From: Planctomycetota bacterium
Lineage (GTDB): Bacteria > Planctomycetota > PUPC01 > DSUN01
Reading direction: 5' to 3'
Length of the DNA stretch: 64,000 bases
Assembly: GCA_041320515.1 (NCBI GenBank)
Contig: JBGLNR010000001.1
Location: 1,510,201-1,574,200 of the forward strand
The notes beneath the pieces were generated by a model. It ran no database searches, was not told the DNA's origin, and saw only the letters and a program-made list of their open reading frames with translations. Each line of letters begins with the position of its first letter. The stretch's first letter is position 1. Positions 55,209-64,000 of the stretch are shown in pieces. The position numbers and the translations under genes are program-made.

Positions 55209-57509
55209 ATGAAGCTGACGTTTCCTGATGGCTGCGCGATGGAAGGCTACGCCGTCGCCGTCGCGTGGGATCCGCGGATTCTGGCGCTGGAAGACGACAC
55301 CTCGGAAGTCGCCCTGTGGCTGAAGCCCGACGCCCTGGCCGCGGCCCCGCCGCCGGACCTGGCCGTCGCCGGGCCATTCGCGTCGTCGAAGGAGCGCATC
55401 GTCATCCCCACCGCCGAGGCCGAGCGCGCGCTGCACCTGCCGCGCGACACCCGCCTCGCCTGCCTCCGCCCCGCCGGCACCTGGATGCCCATCGGCACCG
55501 TGGGCCAGCACCCCGCCGCGCTCGTCGGCAACGAGGAGGCCGCCTTCGCCTTCGACCCCACCGACCTCATCGGCCGCTACCTCAACATGATGGACACGAC
55601 CGTGGCCGCCGACGTGCTCGATTGGATGGCGGGCTGCGCGCTCCGCGCCGTGGGCCTGCGGCCCGCGCGGCTGCGGCGGGACTGGCGGGACTTCCACGCG
55701 CTCGGCATCGCCGTCTGGACCGTCGAGCGGCTGGCGGAAGAACTCGGCCAGCCCTTTGACCCCTCGCCCATCCGCCGGCTCGCGGTCGCCGCCGCCGAGT
55801 TCGGCGACGACCTTGGTCCCGCCTTCGCCGCGCTCGCCGAGGCACGCAGGCGGGTGCTCGACCTGCCCATCTACTTCATTGACATTCTCCACGGCGGCAT
55901 TCTCGTCGGCCGCGAGGGCTTCGCCGAATACGACTGGCCCCAGGCCGCCGCCGACCTGCTCGACTTCTACGAGACCTGGAGCCGCGACCTCGGCTACCGC
56001 TACTCGCACGACGTCGCCGCCGGCACGCTCCTCAACCTCGCCCCCATGTTCCCCGAGACCGTCGCCCGCCTTCGCGCCGCGTGGGACGAGGGGCGGACCG
56101 AGTTCGCCAACGGCACTTGGTCCCAGCCCTACCTCCATCTGTGGAGCCGCGAGGAATGCCGCCAGCAATTCGTCCACGGCCTCGCCGCGTTCGACCAACT
56201 CTTCGGCCGCCGGCCGACGACCTATGCCGCCCAGGAGTTCGCCCTTCACCCCGCCCTGCCCGACATGCTCCGCGAATTCGGTTTTGAGCACGCCATCCAC
56301 CGCGTGCAGAACATGGGCACCGCGCCCGACGACGACCGCCCGCTGATTGACTGGGAAGGCGTCGGCGGCGCCGTCATCCCCACGCTCCCGTCGCACTCGC
56401 CCAAGTCCGAAAAATTCGGCAGCGGCATCTACGCCAACTGGCCCCGCCTGGTGGCCGACACGCAGCGCCGCGGCCTGCCCTTTGTGGCGCTCGTGAACCT
56501 GATTGACCAGACCTTCATCGGCGCCTACAAGGAGGAGTTCGTCCGCGCCGCCCGCTTCGGCGACGCCCTCGGCCGCTTCGCCACCTGCACCGACTTCTTC
56601 GCCGCGACCGCCGACGTGCCGCGGGTCCGCCACCGCTATGCCTGGGACGACTACGTCTTCGACCTCGAGATGCCGACGGCCAACTACCACCGCTACGAAT
56701 CGGGCAGCTTCGCGAGCACCATCGAATACTGGCGCGGTGTTGTCGCGGACACGGCCGGCCGCGAGCCGACCGTCGCCGAATGGCGCCGCGTCCTCGACGG
56801 CGAAGCCCACGACACCTACGTCCTCCCCAACTTCAAGACCGGCGCCTTCCTCGACCTCTATCTCACCGACTACCCCGGCCCGCGCTACCGCGTGACCGTG
56901 GACGAGCGCCGCGGCGTCACCCGCTACATCCGCGACGCCGTCGGCTTCCCCCGCGAGTTCCACGCCACGCCCCCCGTTCCCGTCGGTGGCGATGGCCCCG
57001 TCGAGGTGGACCCGAAAACGGGCGGCGTCATCGTCGAGGGCCGGCTGTTCGGGGTCCTCGCCTCCACGCGCGGCGACAGCCACGTCGTGGCCATTGAGCC
57101 AGGCGCGGCCACTCGTGTCGTCGTGGCCATTGATGCCGTCGGCGAGTTCCTCATCCATCTGTGGCGGCGCGACGGCGTCGTCTACGGTCGCGTTCAGCGT
57201 CCCGCCGACATCCCCTGGTTTTGCCACGACGTGCCGTACTGGGAGGACTGCGTCTACCTCCGCCACGCGCCGGGGGACGACGAGGCGCCGGTCGTCCGCT
57301 ACTACTGGGGCATCGGCGAGGCCACCCGCCTTGCGGACTTCTACTCGCGCGACCGCGTCACCGTGGGCCGCGTCGAGCTGTTCCACGGCGGCAACGGCTT
57401 CTATCGCCTGGCCAACGGCGAATTGCACAACCGCCTCTGGTCGCACAACGAATCCGCCCGCTCCTTCTGGTGGGGCGTGCGGGTTGACGCGGCGCAACCC
57501 CGCCCGTAG
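55209..57509 (+). CDS. Hypothetical 766-aa protein; weak GH38 (alpha-mannosidase N-terminal)-like region
   Basis: Clear coding ORF with an RBS. ANGTWSQPYLHLWSREECRQQFVHGLAAFDQLFGRRPTTYAAQEFALHPALPDMLREFGFEHAI resembles the GH38 core. The functional call is tentative. Confidence 0.6.
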   Translation: MKLTFPDGCAMEGYAVAVAWDPRILALEDDTSEVALWLKPDALAAAPPPDLAVAGPFASSKERIVIPTAEAERALHLPRDTRLACLRPAGTWMPIGTVGQHPAALVGNEEAAFAFDPTDLIGRYLNMMDTTVAADVLDWMAGCALRAVGLRPARLRRDWRDFHALGIAVWTVERLAEELGQPFDPSPIRRLAVAAAEFGDDLGPAFAALAEARRRVLDLPIYFIDILHGGILVGREGFAEYDWPQAAADLLDFYETWSRDLGYRYSHDVAAGTLLNLAPMFPETVARLRAAWDEGRTEFANGTWSQPYLHLWSREECRQQFVHGLAAFDQLFGRRPTTYAAQEFALHPALPDMLREFGFEHAIHRVQNMGTAPDDDRPLIDWEGVGGAVIPTLPSHSPKSEKFGSGIYANWPRLVADTQRRGLPFVALVNLIDQTFIGAYKEEFVRAARFGDALGRFATCTDFFAATADVPRVRHRYAWDDYVFDLEMPTANYHRYESGSFASTIEYWRGVVADTAGREPTVAEWRRVLDGEAHDTYVLPNFKTGAFLDLYLTDYPGPRYRVTVDERRGVTRYIRDAVGFPREFHATPPVPVGGDGPVEVDPKTGGVIVEGRLFGVLASTRGDSHVVAIEPGAATRVVVAIDAVGEFLIHLWRRDGVVYGRVQRPADIPWFCHDVPYWEDCVYLRHAPGDDEAPVVRYYWGIGEATRLADFYSRDRVTVGRVELFHGGNGFYRLANGELHNRLWSHNESARSFWWGVRVDAAQPRP

Positions 57510-57519
57510 AATGCAAGCA

Positions 57520-57583
57520 CACAGGCTGGAAGCCTGTGCCACCTTCCGGCCTGTAATCTGGTGGCACAGGCATCTTGCCTGTG
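57520..57583. terminator. Two 8-bp CACAGGC-type hairpins downstream of the 55209 gene
   Basis: CACAGGCT-GGA-AGCCTGTG at 57520-57538 and CACAGGCA-TCT-TGCCTGTG at 57565-57583. There is no U-tract. Confidence 0.4.
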
Positions 57584-57607
57584 GCCCACTTCCCCAGGAG
57601 GCCCCCA

Positions 57608-58846
57608 ATGCCAGAGAAGGCCATTGACGTGACCCAGCCCCCCAAGGCCGCCCAAGTGCGCGCCGCCTACAAGCTGGCCCGCGATCGCTTCGCCGCCCTC
57701 GGCGTGGACGCCGACTGGGCGGTCGGCGCCGCCCTCGCGATTCCCATCTCGGTCCAGTGCTGGCAGGCCGACGACGTGCGCGGCCTCGAAACCCACGAGG
57801 GCGCCCTCGACGGCGGCGGCATCCAGGCCACGGGCAACTACCCCGGCGCCGCGCGCAACGGCGACGAGATTCGCGCCGACTTCGATGTCGCCGCGGGTCT
57901 CATCCCCGGCACGCTCCGGTTCAACATCCACGCCATGTACGCCGAAACCTCAGGCAAGCGCGTGGACCGCGATGAACTCGAGCCGAAGCACTTCTCCCGC
58001 TGGATTGACTGGTCGAAGGCCCGCAAGCGCGGCCTCGACTTCAACCCCACGCTCTTCGCCCACCCGATGGTCAAGGATGGCCTCACGCTGTCGAGCCACG
58101 ACGACGCGGCCCGCGCCTTCTGGATTCGCCACTGCATCGCCACCCGCCGCATCGCGTCCGCCATCGGCAAGGCCCTCGGCTCGCCCTGCGTCAACAACAT
58201 CTGGATTCCCGACGGCCGCAAGGATTCGACCGTGGACCGCATGGGGCCCCGCCATCGGCTGCTCCACGCCCTCGACGAGGTCCTCGACCGCAAGTTCCCG
58301 CACGTGATTGACGCCGTCGAGAGCAAGCTCTTCGGCATCGGCTGCGAGGACTACACGGTCGGCTCGCACGAGTTCTACCTCGCCTACGCCGCCACGCGCG
58401 GCGTCGCCCTGTGCTACGACCTCGGCCACTTCCACCCCACCGAGAGCATCGCCGACAAGCTCTCCGCCACGCTCCTCTTCGTCGAGAAGCTCCTCATCCA
58501 CGCCAGCCGCGGCATCCGCTGGGACAGCGACCACGTCGTCCGCTTCACCGACGAGTTGCGCGCGGTCTGCGACGAGGCGGTCCGCAGCGGCGCGTTGCCC
58601 GACATCCTCTGGGCCCTCGACTACTTCGACGCCAGCATCAACCGCGTCGCGGCCTGGGTCATTGGCGCGCGGGCCTTGCGGAAGGCGCTCCTCTATGCTA
58701 TGCTCGAACCGTTCGAGGCCGTTGCGGAACGCGAGGAGGCCGGCATTGGCGCGGCCAAGCTCGCCCTCGTCGAGCACCGCGCCGAACTCCCCTTCCCCGC
58801 CGTCTGGGACTTCGCCTGCCTCACCGCCGACGTCCCCCTCGGCCCC
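57608..58846 (+). pseudogene. rhaA: L-rhamnose isomerase, lacking about the last 25 codons (ORF runs on into a foreign frame)
   Basis: AGGAGG RBS. It is collinear with E. coli RhaA: QCWQADDVRGLE, GGIQATGNYPG.ARN, VESKLFGIGCEDYTVGS, GHFHPTE, WDSDHVV and FDASINRVAAWVIG. Similarity ends at ..AVWDFACLTADVPLG. Confidence 0.8.
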
Positions 58847-58847
58847 C

Positions 58848-59474
58848 AAGGTCTACCCCCTCGTCCTCTTCCTCCACGGCGCGGGCGGACGCGGCGCCGA
58901 CAATTGGGGGCAGATCAAGGACCAGCCCGCGGCCCTCCTCGCCCTGGCGGGCGACGCCGTGCAGGTCAAGCATCCGTGCATCGTCGTTGCCCCCCAGTGC
59001 CCCGGCGGCAAGCAGTGGGTGAACACGCCCTGGGGCAAAGGCTCCTACTCGCAGGACAAGGTGGCCATCTCCGCCGAGCTGAAGCGCGTGCTCGAGGCCC
59101 TGGCCCAGCTCCGCACGGAGTTCCAGGTGGCCCCCAACCGCATCTATGTGACAGGCATCTCGATGGGCGGCTACGGCACGTGGGACATCATTCTGCGGGA
59201 GCCGAAGCTGTTCGCGGCGGCCATGCCCGTGTGCGGCGCGGGCGACCCATCGCGTGCGGCGAGCGTGGCGAAGATGGCCATCTGGGCGTTCCACGGGGAC
59301 AAGGATGGCGTGGTGCCCGTGGCCGGCTCGCGCGAGATGATCGAGGCCCTCAAGAAGGCCGGCGGCGCCCCCAAGTACACCGAGTTCCCCGGCGTCGGCC
59401 ACGCCTCCTGGACCCCCGCCCACGCCACCGAGGGCCTGTGGGAGTGGCTCTTCGCCCAGAAGCGGGGGGAGTAG
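58848..59474 (+). pseudogene. Alpha/beta-hydrolase esterase (phospholipase/carboxylesterase-like), 5'-truncated with no start codon
   Basis: It is in a different frame from rhaA. It begins at KVYPLVLFLHGAGGRGADN. The nucleophile elbow is GISMGG, and HGDKDGVVP and GVGH are also present. The N-terminal signal region is absent. Confidence 0.75.
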
Positions 59475-59776
59475 AATGGCACGCCACGATTCCCGGTCGT
59501 TGCAGCCACAAGCGTCCCGCTTGTGGACTGCGCCCCCTACAGGTCGTATGCCCGAAACGGCCGCACACAATCCCTGCCAGCGTCCCCAGTGTCCCCAGCG
59601 TCCCACTTTCCGAGGGGCGGGGGCCAGGTGTTAACTTTCCATGGCGCAGGGTCGGACCGTAAGGGCGTGTTGCCCAAATCGAGAGCGCGGTTCGGAGTGC
59701 AGCCTTCAGGCCGTATCATGCGCGTCGGGAGCGGCAGATTACGGGCTAGAGCCCGCACTCCGAACTCGCCTGCCCT

Positions 59777-59883
59777 TTCCACCCCCGCTGCCGCCACGCC
59801 ATGCCCATCTGCCGCGAGGTCTACCCGCCCGAAACGCGCCTCGGCTCCGGCCGCAGCGTCCGCTGCCACCTCTATGGGCAGCA
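59777..59883 (+). repeat. Direct repeat copy 1: remnant 3' end of an Opp/Dpp-type ABC ATPase gene
   Basis: Translates to FHPRCRHAMPICREVYPPETRLGSGRSVRCHLYGQ, the oligopeptide ABC C-terminal motif. A stop lies just upstream. About 8 mismatches to copy 2 (by eye). Confidence 0.8.
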
Positions 59884-59902
59884 TGCATGCCAATCAGATG
59901 GC

Positions 59903-59931
59903 TTGACATCTGATGCGTGATGCGCTAGCAT
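59903..59931 (+). promoter_or_regulatory. vapBC promoter candidate (TTGACA, 17-nt spacer, TAGCAT) overlapped by inverted repeats
   Basis: TTGACA at 59903-08 and TAGCAT at 59926-31. The inverted repeat catctgatgc / gcattagatg (9 of 10 complementary) brackets the -10, as is typical of an autoregulated TA operator. Confidence 0.45.
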
Positions 59932-59970
59932 CATGCATTAGATGGCGGCACATGAGAACAGGAGGTCGCT

Positions 59971-60198
59971 ATGCGGACCACATTGGACGTTGAAGAGGAT
60001 GTTCTGCTGGCGGCCAAGGAGATCGCCCGGAGTCGAAGAACTTCGGTCGGCAAGGTGTTGTCCGACCTGGTGCGGCAGGCGATGACGCGGCAGCCGGCCT
60101 CGGCTACTCGGGGGGATGTGCCGCTGTTCCCCGTGCAGCCCGACGCGGGGGTCGTGACGCTCGGACTGGTGAACCAACTGCGGGACGAGACGCCATGA
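59971..60198 (+). CDS. vapB: VapB-type antitoxin
   Basis: MRTTLDVEEDVLLAAKEIARSRRTSVGKVLSDLVRQ is present, with an AGGAGG RBS. The stop overlaps the vapC start (ATGA). Confidence 0.85.
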   Translation: MRTTLDVEEDVLLAAKEIARSRRTSVGKVLSDLVRQAMTRQPASATRGDVPLFPVQPDAGVVTLGLVNQLRDETP

Positions 60199-60626
60199 CC
60201 GCGTATCTTCTTGATGTGAACGTACTTCTGGCGCTGAGCGACCCGATGCACGTCCATCACGAGGCGGCCCACCAGTGGTTCGCGGATAAGGGCAGCCAGG
60301 CCTGGGCCACCTGCCCGATCACCGAGAACGGCTTCGTCCGCATCGCCAGCCATCCCAAGTACGCCAACCGGCCGGGGGACGTGCCCGTGGTCCTGGCGAT
60401 TCTGCGCCGATTCTGCGAGGCCGCGGGGCACCAGTTCTGGACGGAAGACATCAGCCTCCGCGATTTTCTGCGCCCGGATGTCGTGCTCACCCACGCCCAG
60501 ATCACCGACGCCTATCTACTCGCCCTGGCGGTGCAAAAGGGTGGGAAGCTCGCCTCCCTCGACCAGCGTATCCCTGCCGCCGCAGTACCCGGCGGAGCCG
60601 ACGCGCTGGAGCTGATCGCGCCGTAG
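60195..60626 (+). CDS. vapC: VapC PIN-domain toxin
   Basis: YLLDVNVLLAL, TENGFVRI, ITDAYLLALA and LASLD carry the PIN acidic residues. Confidence 0.9.
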   Translation: MTAYLLDVNVLLALSDPMHVHHEAAHQWFADKGSQAWATCPITENGFVRIASHPKYANRPGDVPVVLAILRRFCEAAGHQFWTEDISLRDFLRPDVVLTHAQITDAYLLALAVQKGGKLASLDQRIPAAAVPGGADALELIAP

Positions 60627-60653
60627 CCGAGTGCCCCTCCCCCTGGCTGCCAC

Positions 60654-60760
60654 TTCCACCCCCGCTGCCGCCACGCCCTGCCCATCTGCCGCGAGGTCTA
60701 CCCGCCGGAAACGCGCCTCGACGCCGGCCGCACCGTCCGCTGCCACCTCTACGGCCAGCA
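60654..60760 (+). repeat. Direct repeat copy 2: Opp/Dpp-type ABC ATPase 3'-end remnant
   Basis: It follows the vapC stop in frame and reads PSAPPPGCHFHPRCRHALPICREVYPPETRLDAGRTVRCHLYGQ. Confidence 0.8.
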
Positions 60761-60859
60761 GCGTCCGCTATGGCTGCTGACCCGACATTTGCCCATTGTT
60801 GCCACCCACTTGTGCGGACGCCAAGGACGACCCTTACGGGTCTGAGGCACCGTGGCGAG

Positions 60860-62557
60860 CTAACGAACCGAGAAATCCGGTCTCTTTGCGTTCACCCAAC
60901 CGAAGACTTCGGCATAGTCCCACGCGGGTCCACCGCACCCACCGGCACCAAAACCGCCCACAATCTCTCGCGAGGTCTCGGCCCGGGATCGGTTGGACCC
61001 ACGCACGGCGTCTGCGAAACTCGTTCGGCTCTCCTGTGACCGGTGCATGGCCATGGCCTGGCACTTGGCGAACATCGCATGCTTGTCGAGGGGGACTAGG
61101 ACGTTGATTTCGCTTGCATCTACATGCCCCCAGGGGCTCTCATACGTCCATACTTGGGATTCGCGATATGTTGTCTTGATCAGTTTCAAGGTGGCCCGCG
61201 TAATCCGACTGTGCGTTGGGTGGCTATCAGAAAGGAGCGGGATGAGGAAGACGCAGCCAGCCCCGTCGGGAGACTCAGACAAAAGGGCCGTCAGGTGACT
61301 GTTCAGCGCGGGTTCCTCCATTTCGAGTGTGTTTGCCCCAAGCCAACGCATATCCGAGACACCGAGTAGGCTCGCCTCCGAAAGCGCCTCGTTCTGCCGA
61401 ATGTCATCAGCTCGCGCGTCGTGCACGCTCTTCACGTCAACGGGCGAGCTCAGGCCGCCAGAGAGGCCTCGCCGCGCTTGGTAGTACCTTTGTATGTACT
61501 GGACCTCAACACCCTTCGGGCTCGGTGTTACAATCAGCGTGTAAACGCTTGGCTGCGGCTTCTGCCTCTGTTGCCACAGCGGGCCATTGCGCAAATAATA
61601 CAACAGACCACCACATCCCAGAACGACATCATCGCTGTGAGGGGAGATCACGACTACAGTCTTGCGCGTAAAGAACTTGAAGAACTCATCGCCGAGAGGA
61701 ACACCCATGTCGATAGTACGCCTCGTCGCCTTCCCAGAATCGCACGCCGCCCCCAAGTTGATGATCAGCCGCTCAGTCACATTTCTCAGTGGCTGTGACG
61801 GGGGCGGTGGGATGATGAACTGGTCCGCTATCGCAATATCGCTCTGTGTCACGGTCGCACCGCTCGGTGTAGCTCCCACGATTATGAAGACACTGTTAAG
61901 TAAGTGCGGGGGCAAGTGGTAGTTCGACAGAACAAGGTCAGCTATGTCCTTGGCCACTGCTGGCTGGGTCACGGCTAGTGCAGCCGCCAGTGTTCCCGTA
62001 CTATGCAGCCCGGCCAGCAGCAACACCTTGGTCTTGGATGAGCCCGAGGAGTCGTCGTAGGGATTATCAGTTAGCAGCACAACACCGTAGTCCTGGGTCA
62101 CGTTCCCTGACTCGTCATGCGCTGCCCGCCAAGTTCTCCCGTGAATGGAGAGCGAACGGTAGCCGGGGTCATCCAGGTCCAGCCTCATAGCACTTGCTAC
62201 TCGCCTATTCGTCTTCTGAATCTTCTCGATCACCTGCTTGGTCAGGCCATTTGTCTTGGGACCACCTATGAGGACCAGATGCGAGCTGGCTCGGGCACTT
62301 TCCCAAAGCGCGTCGTTGGCAGTTCCTTCAAAATGGAGCCTAGGCTGCGAGCTGTCCATCGCTAGCTGGCCTAGAGCATGGGTAAGTGCGATGAGCGCGC
62401 TGAAATCATTCGGGAGCCCGTTGTGAGAGCCAAGAGCCCCGACTTGACTGCCGCTCGCGCTGTTGCTCTCAGGGCATCGCATCAGGAACAAGGTGCGATC
62501 TAGCTGGTTGGCGAACGGCCATAGCATTGCGAGGTCAGAGAAACTAGTTGTAGACAT
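60860..62557 (-). CDS. Two-domain protein: unknown about 290-aa N-terminal alpha/beta-like domain fused to a PIG-L/LmbE-family deacetylase
   Basis: The C-terminal half has VVVISPHSDDVVLGCGG and SDSHPTH, which are PIG-L motifs. The N-terminal half (HLVLIGGPKTNG...DYGVVLLTDNP...KVLLLAGLHSTGTLAAALAV) is unrecognised. The gene is visibly less GC-rich than its surroundings. Confidence 0.75.
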   Translation of the reverse strand: MSTTSFSDLAMLWPFANQLDRTLFLMRCPESNSASGSQVGALGSHNGLPNDFSALIALTHALGQLAMDSSQPRLHFEGTANDALWESARASSHLVLIGGPKTNGLTKQVIEKIQKTNRRVASAMRLDLDDPGYRSLSIHGRTWRAAHDESGNVTQDYGVVLLTDNPYDDSSGSSKTKVLLLAGLHSTGTLAAALAVTQPAVAKDIADLVLSNYHLPPHLLNSVFIIVGATPSGATVTQSDIAIADQFIIPPPPSQPLRNVTERLIINLGAACDSGKATRRTIDMGVPLGDEFFKFFTRKTVVVISPHSDDVVLGCGGLLYYLRNGPLWQQRQKPQPSVYTLIVTPSPKGVEVQYIQRYYQARRGLSGGLSSPVDVKSVHDARADDIRQNEALSEASLLGVSDMRWLGANTLEMEEPALNSHLTALLSESPDGAGCVFLIPLLSDSHPTHSRITRATLKLIKTTYRESQVWTYESPWGHVDASEINVLVPLDKHAMFAKCQAMAMHRSQESRTSFADAVRGSNRSRAETSREIVGGFGAGGCGGPAWDYAEVFGWVNAKRPDFSVR

Positions 62558-63002
62558 CCACTACGCCCCTACTGATAATACAGGAGTCAATGCCATATTC
62601 AGGTGAGACTGTGCGGCTCCCGCGTACCTCTCATTCCCTCCCTTTTCCTCAGTTTCCCCGGCCTCCTGGGCTTCGCCGCAGGCCACGGTGCCTGACACCG
62701 ATAGGTCCATTCTGGATCGAGCGTTAAGTGCAAGAGGGGGCCAATATGGGTCAGATGTCGGGCCGAGGGCATCTATGGGCTTGCGGCAGTAGGGGGGAGC
62801 AGGGATTCGGAAGAAGGAAGTGCTGGCGGATGGTCGCATCGTGACATGCCCCCTGGCCGCTGTGCCGAGGTCGGCGCCCGATGGCGCGCAGGATAGCCTT
62901 TTCGGAGGGCGAAGTCAAGCGGATTTTCGGCAAGGATGATCTCACGCAGAGGCCACAGAGCACACAGAGAGGAGGAGACAGGAGGGCCTCACCACGGATT
63001 GC

Positions 63003-63335
63003 TCAGCGAACAGCCAGGGCGAGCGAGAGTCGAGCTTGGATCTCCTGCCAGTCGCGGCTGGTGAGGTGCCCGACGATGCGGGCCACCGTCGAGGGGTACG
63101 TGTTCAGGAAGGCTCGGAAGGCGGACGGCCTGGTCAGGCCTGCCTCTGCCCAGTCCTTCAGGGCATAGTCCGTCGGGCCGCTGGCCGCCTCGACCCGGCT
63201 GGTCAGCAGCCCAACGATGATATCGGGGCGATGTTGGTGATAGAGGGCGGACGAGACGACGATGGCCGGACGCCGCTTGGTCTCCCAGGCGCCGGCGAAC
63301 TCCACGACGGCAATGTCGCCGGGCCTAATGGTCAT
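63003..63335 (-). CDS. MazF/PemK-family toxin
   Basis: PGDIAVVEF...KRRPAIVVSS...IVGLLTS fits the PemK fold pattern. It overlaps the upstream small gene by 11 nt. Confidence 0.8.
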   Translation of the reverse strand: MTIRPGDIAVVEFAGAWETKRRPAIVVSSALYHQHRPDIIVGLLTSRVEAASGPTDYALKDWAEAGLTRPSAFRAFLNTYPSTVARIVGHLTSRDWQEIQARLSLALAVR

Positions 63336-63555
63336 TGGGGGCCTCCCACAGGACTGATTCCTCGGCGTACTGGCTGGATGACTTCAGGAAGTCGCGGATG
63401 TCCTCGTCGGTCCACTCATCACTCTCGTCGATCGTCTCCGGGTGCTGGGATCGCTCCTTGAGGAAGAGCGCGAAGTCCCTGACTTCGCGGACTCTCTCGG
63501 CAGGCAATCCCCGCAGCGCGCGGATGATCTGGGCGGCCTCGTCTCGCGTGAGCAT
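63325..63555 (-). CDS. Cognate antitoxin candidate (76 aa, acidic C-terminus)
   Basis: Start taken at MLTRDEAAQIIRAL... (ATG 63555). Its position and overlap with the MazF-like gene support the call. Family not recognised. Confidence 0.6.
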   Translation of the reverse strand: MLTRDEAAQIIRALRGLPAERVREVRDFALFLKERSQHPETIDESDEWTDEDIRDFLKSSSQYAEESVLWEAPNDH

Positions 63556-63678
63556 GTGTTCATGTCCCCCAAAGCGAATGTCCCGTAACCGCATTATGGC
63601 GCTGGGGGAATGGGATGTCAAGGAGCAAGCGGGCCGCTTGCTGCGCGGTTCGATGCGCTAGCCGCGTGCCGCTACGCA

Positions 63679-64000
63679 TTACTCCGCCTCCTCCCCGGCG
63701 GCGCGGAAGCCGATCTGGCCCCGCTTGGGGGCCGGTTCGGGAGGCGGGTCGAGAATGTCCATGAGGCGGTGGAGGACTTCCACGATGGCGGTTTCGTGGA
63801 GGTCGAGGCGGCTCCTGAGTTCCTTCTCCAACTGGGCGAGCTTGCGGGCCAGTTGGCGGCTATCGGAGAAGGCGGACCGCATCTTGACGAAGGCGCGGAC
63901 GACGTAGACGCTCATCTGCACGGCCCGCGGGCTGTTGAGGACGTTGGCCGCCATGATGGCGCCGTGTTCGGTGAAGGCGTGGGGCAGATAGCGGCGCCCG
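63679..64000 (-). CDS. ORF6N (KilA-N-related) domain protein; the 5' part lies outside the window
   Basis: ..RRYLPHAFTEHGAIMAANVLNSPRAVQMSVYVVRAFVKMR is the ORF6N signature. The reading frame is open to the window edge. Confidence 0.8.
   Translation of the reverse strand, partial: GRRYLPHAFTEHGAIMAANVLNSPRAVQMSVYVVRAFVKMRSAFSDSRQLARKLAQLEKELRSRLDLHETAIVEVLHRLMDILDPPPEPAPKRGQIGFRAAGEEAE

Noticed and set aside
57575-59662. 695-aa ORF as a genuine RhaA fusion protein.
   Set aside because: After residue ~420 the translation is Pro/Arg/Gly-rich noise. The esterase homology lies in a different frame, so the long ORF is a by-product of the junction.

Overview
High-GC bacterial chromosome fragment (GC not computed). 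The gene content looks PVC/Planctomycetota-like: a DUF1559/H-X9-DG prepilin-type protein, PEP-CTERM proteins, a sulfatase, giant TPR and LRR proteins, and many secreted glycan-active enzymes. I found no rRNA, CRISPR array, integrase or transposase.

Layout:
- 0.1-15.9 kb: secreted or envelope proteins. These are a C25 gingipain-like giant protein, a PEP-CTERM protein, an LRR protein, a GT39-like membrane glycosyltransferase and a block of carbohydrate esterases.
- 16.2-18.6 kb: a chimeric radical-SAM-fragment ORF coupled to a bacterial PAD-type arginine deiminase lipoprotein.
- 18.6-26.6 kb: a molybdate/tungstate-type ABC locus with four binding-protein genes, one of them interrupted.
- 26.6-33.1 kb: two huge TPR genes.
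- 33.4 kb: tRNA-Gly(CCC), followed by a COR-like/Zn-ribbon/TIR-like protein overlapping a zeta-toxin-like P-loop kinase.
- 41.0-48.0 kb: a defence island. A type III R-M has its mod and res genes separated by two HepT/MntA toxin-antitoxin pairs and a DUF2283 gene.
- 49.7-59.5 kb: a glycan/rhamnose utilisation block (GH2, PQQ-propeller, GH38-like, rhaA, esterase).
- 59.5-64 kb: an accessory tail with VapBC, a lower-GC gene fusing an unknown domain to a PIG-L deacetylase, a MazF-type pair and an ORF6N gene.

Two themes run across the window:
1. Several families of perfect or near-perfect palindromic repeats. Two of them sit in frame inside protein-coding genes.
2. An unusually high number of abrupt gene-fragment junctions, frameshifts and in-frame stops. 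These need read-level validation to rule out assembly chimeras or errors.
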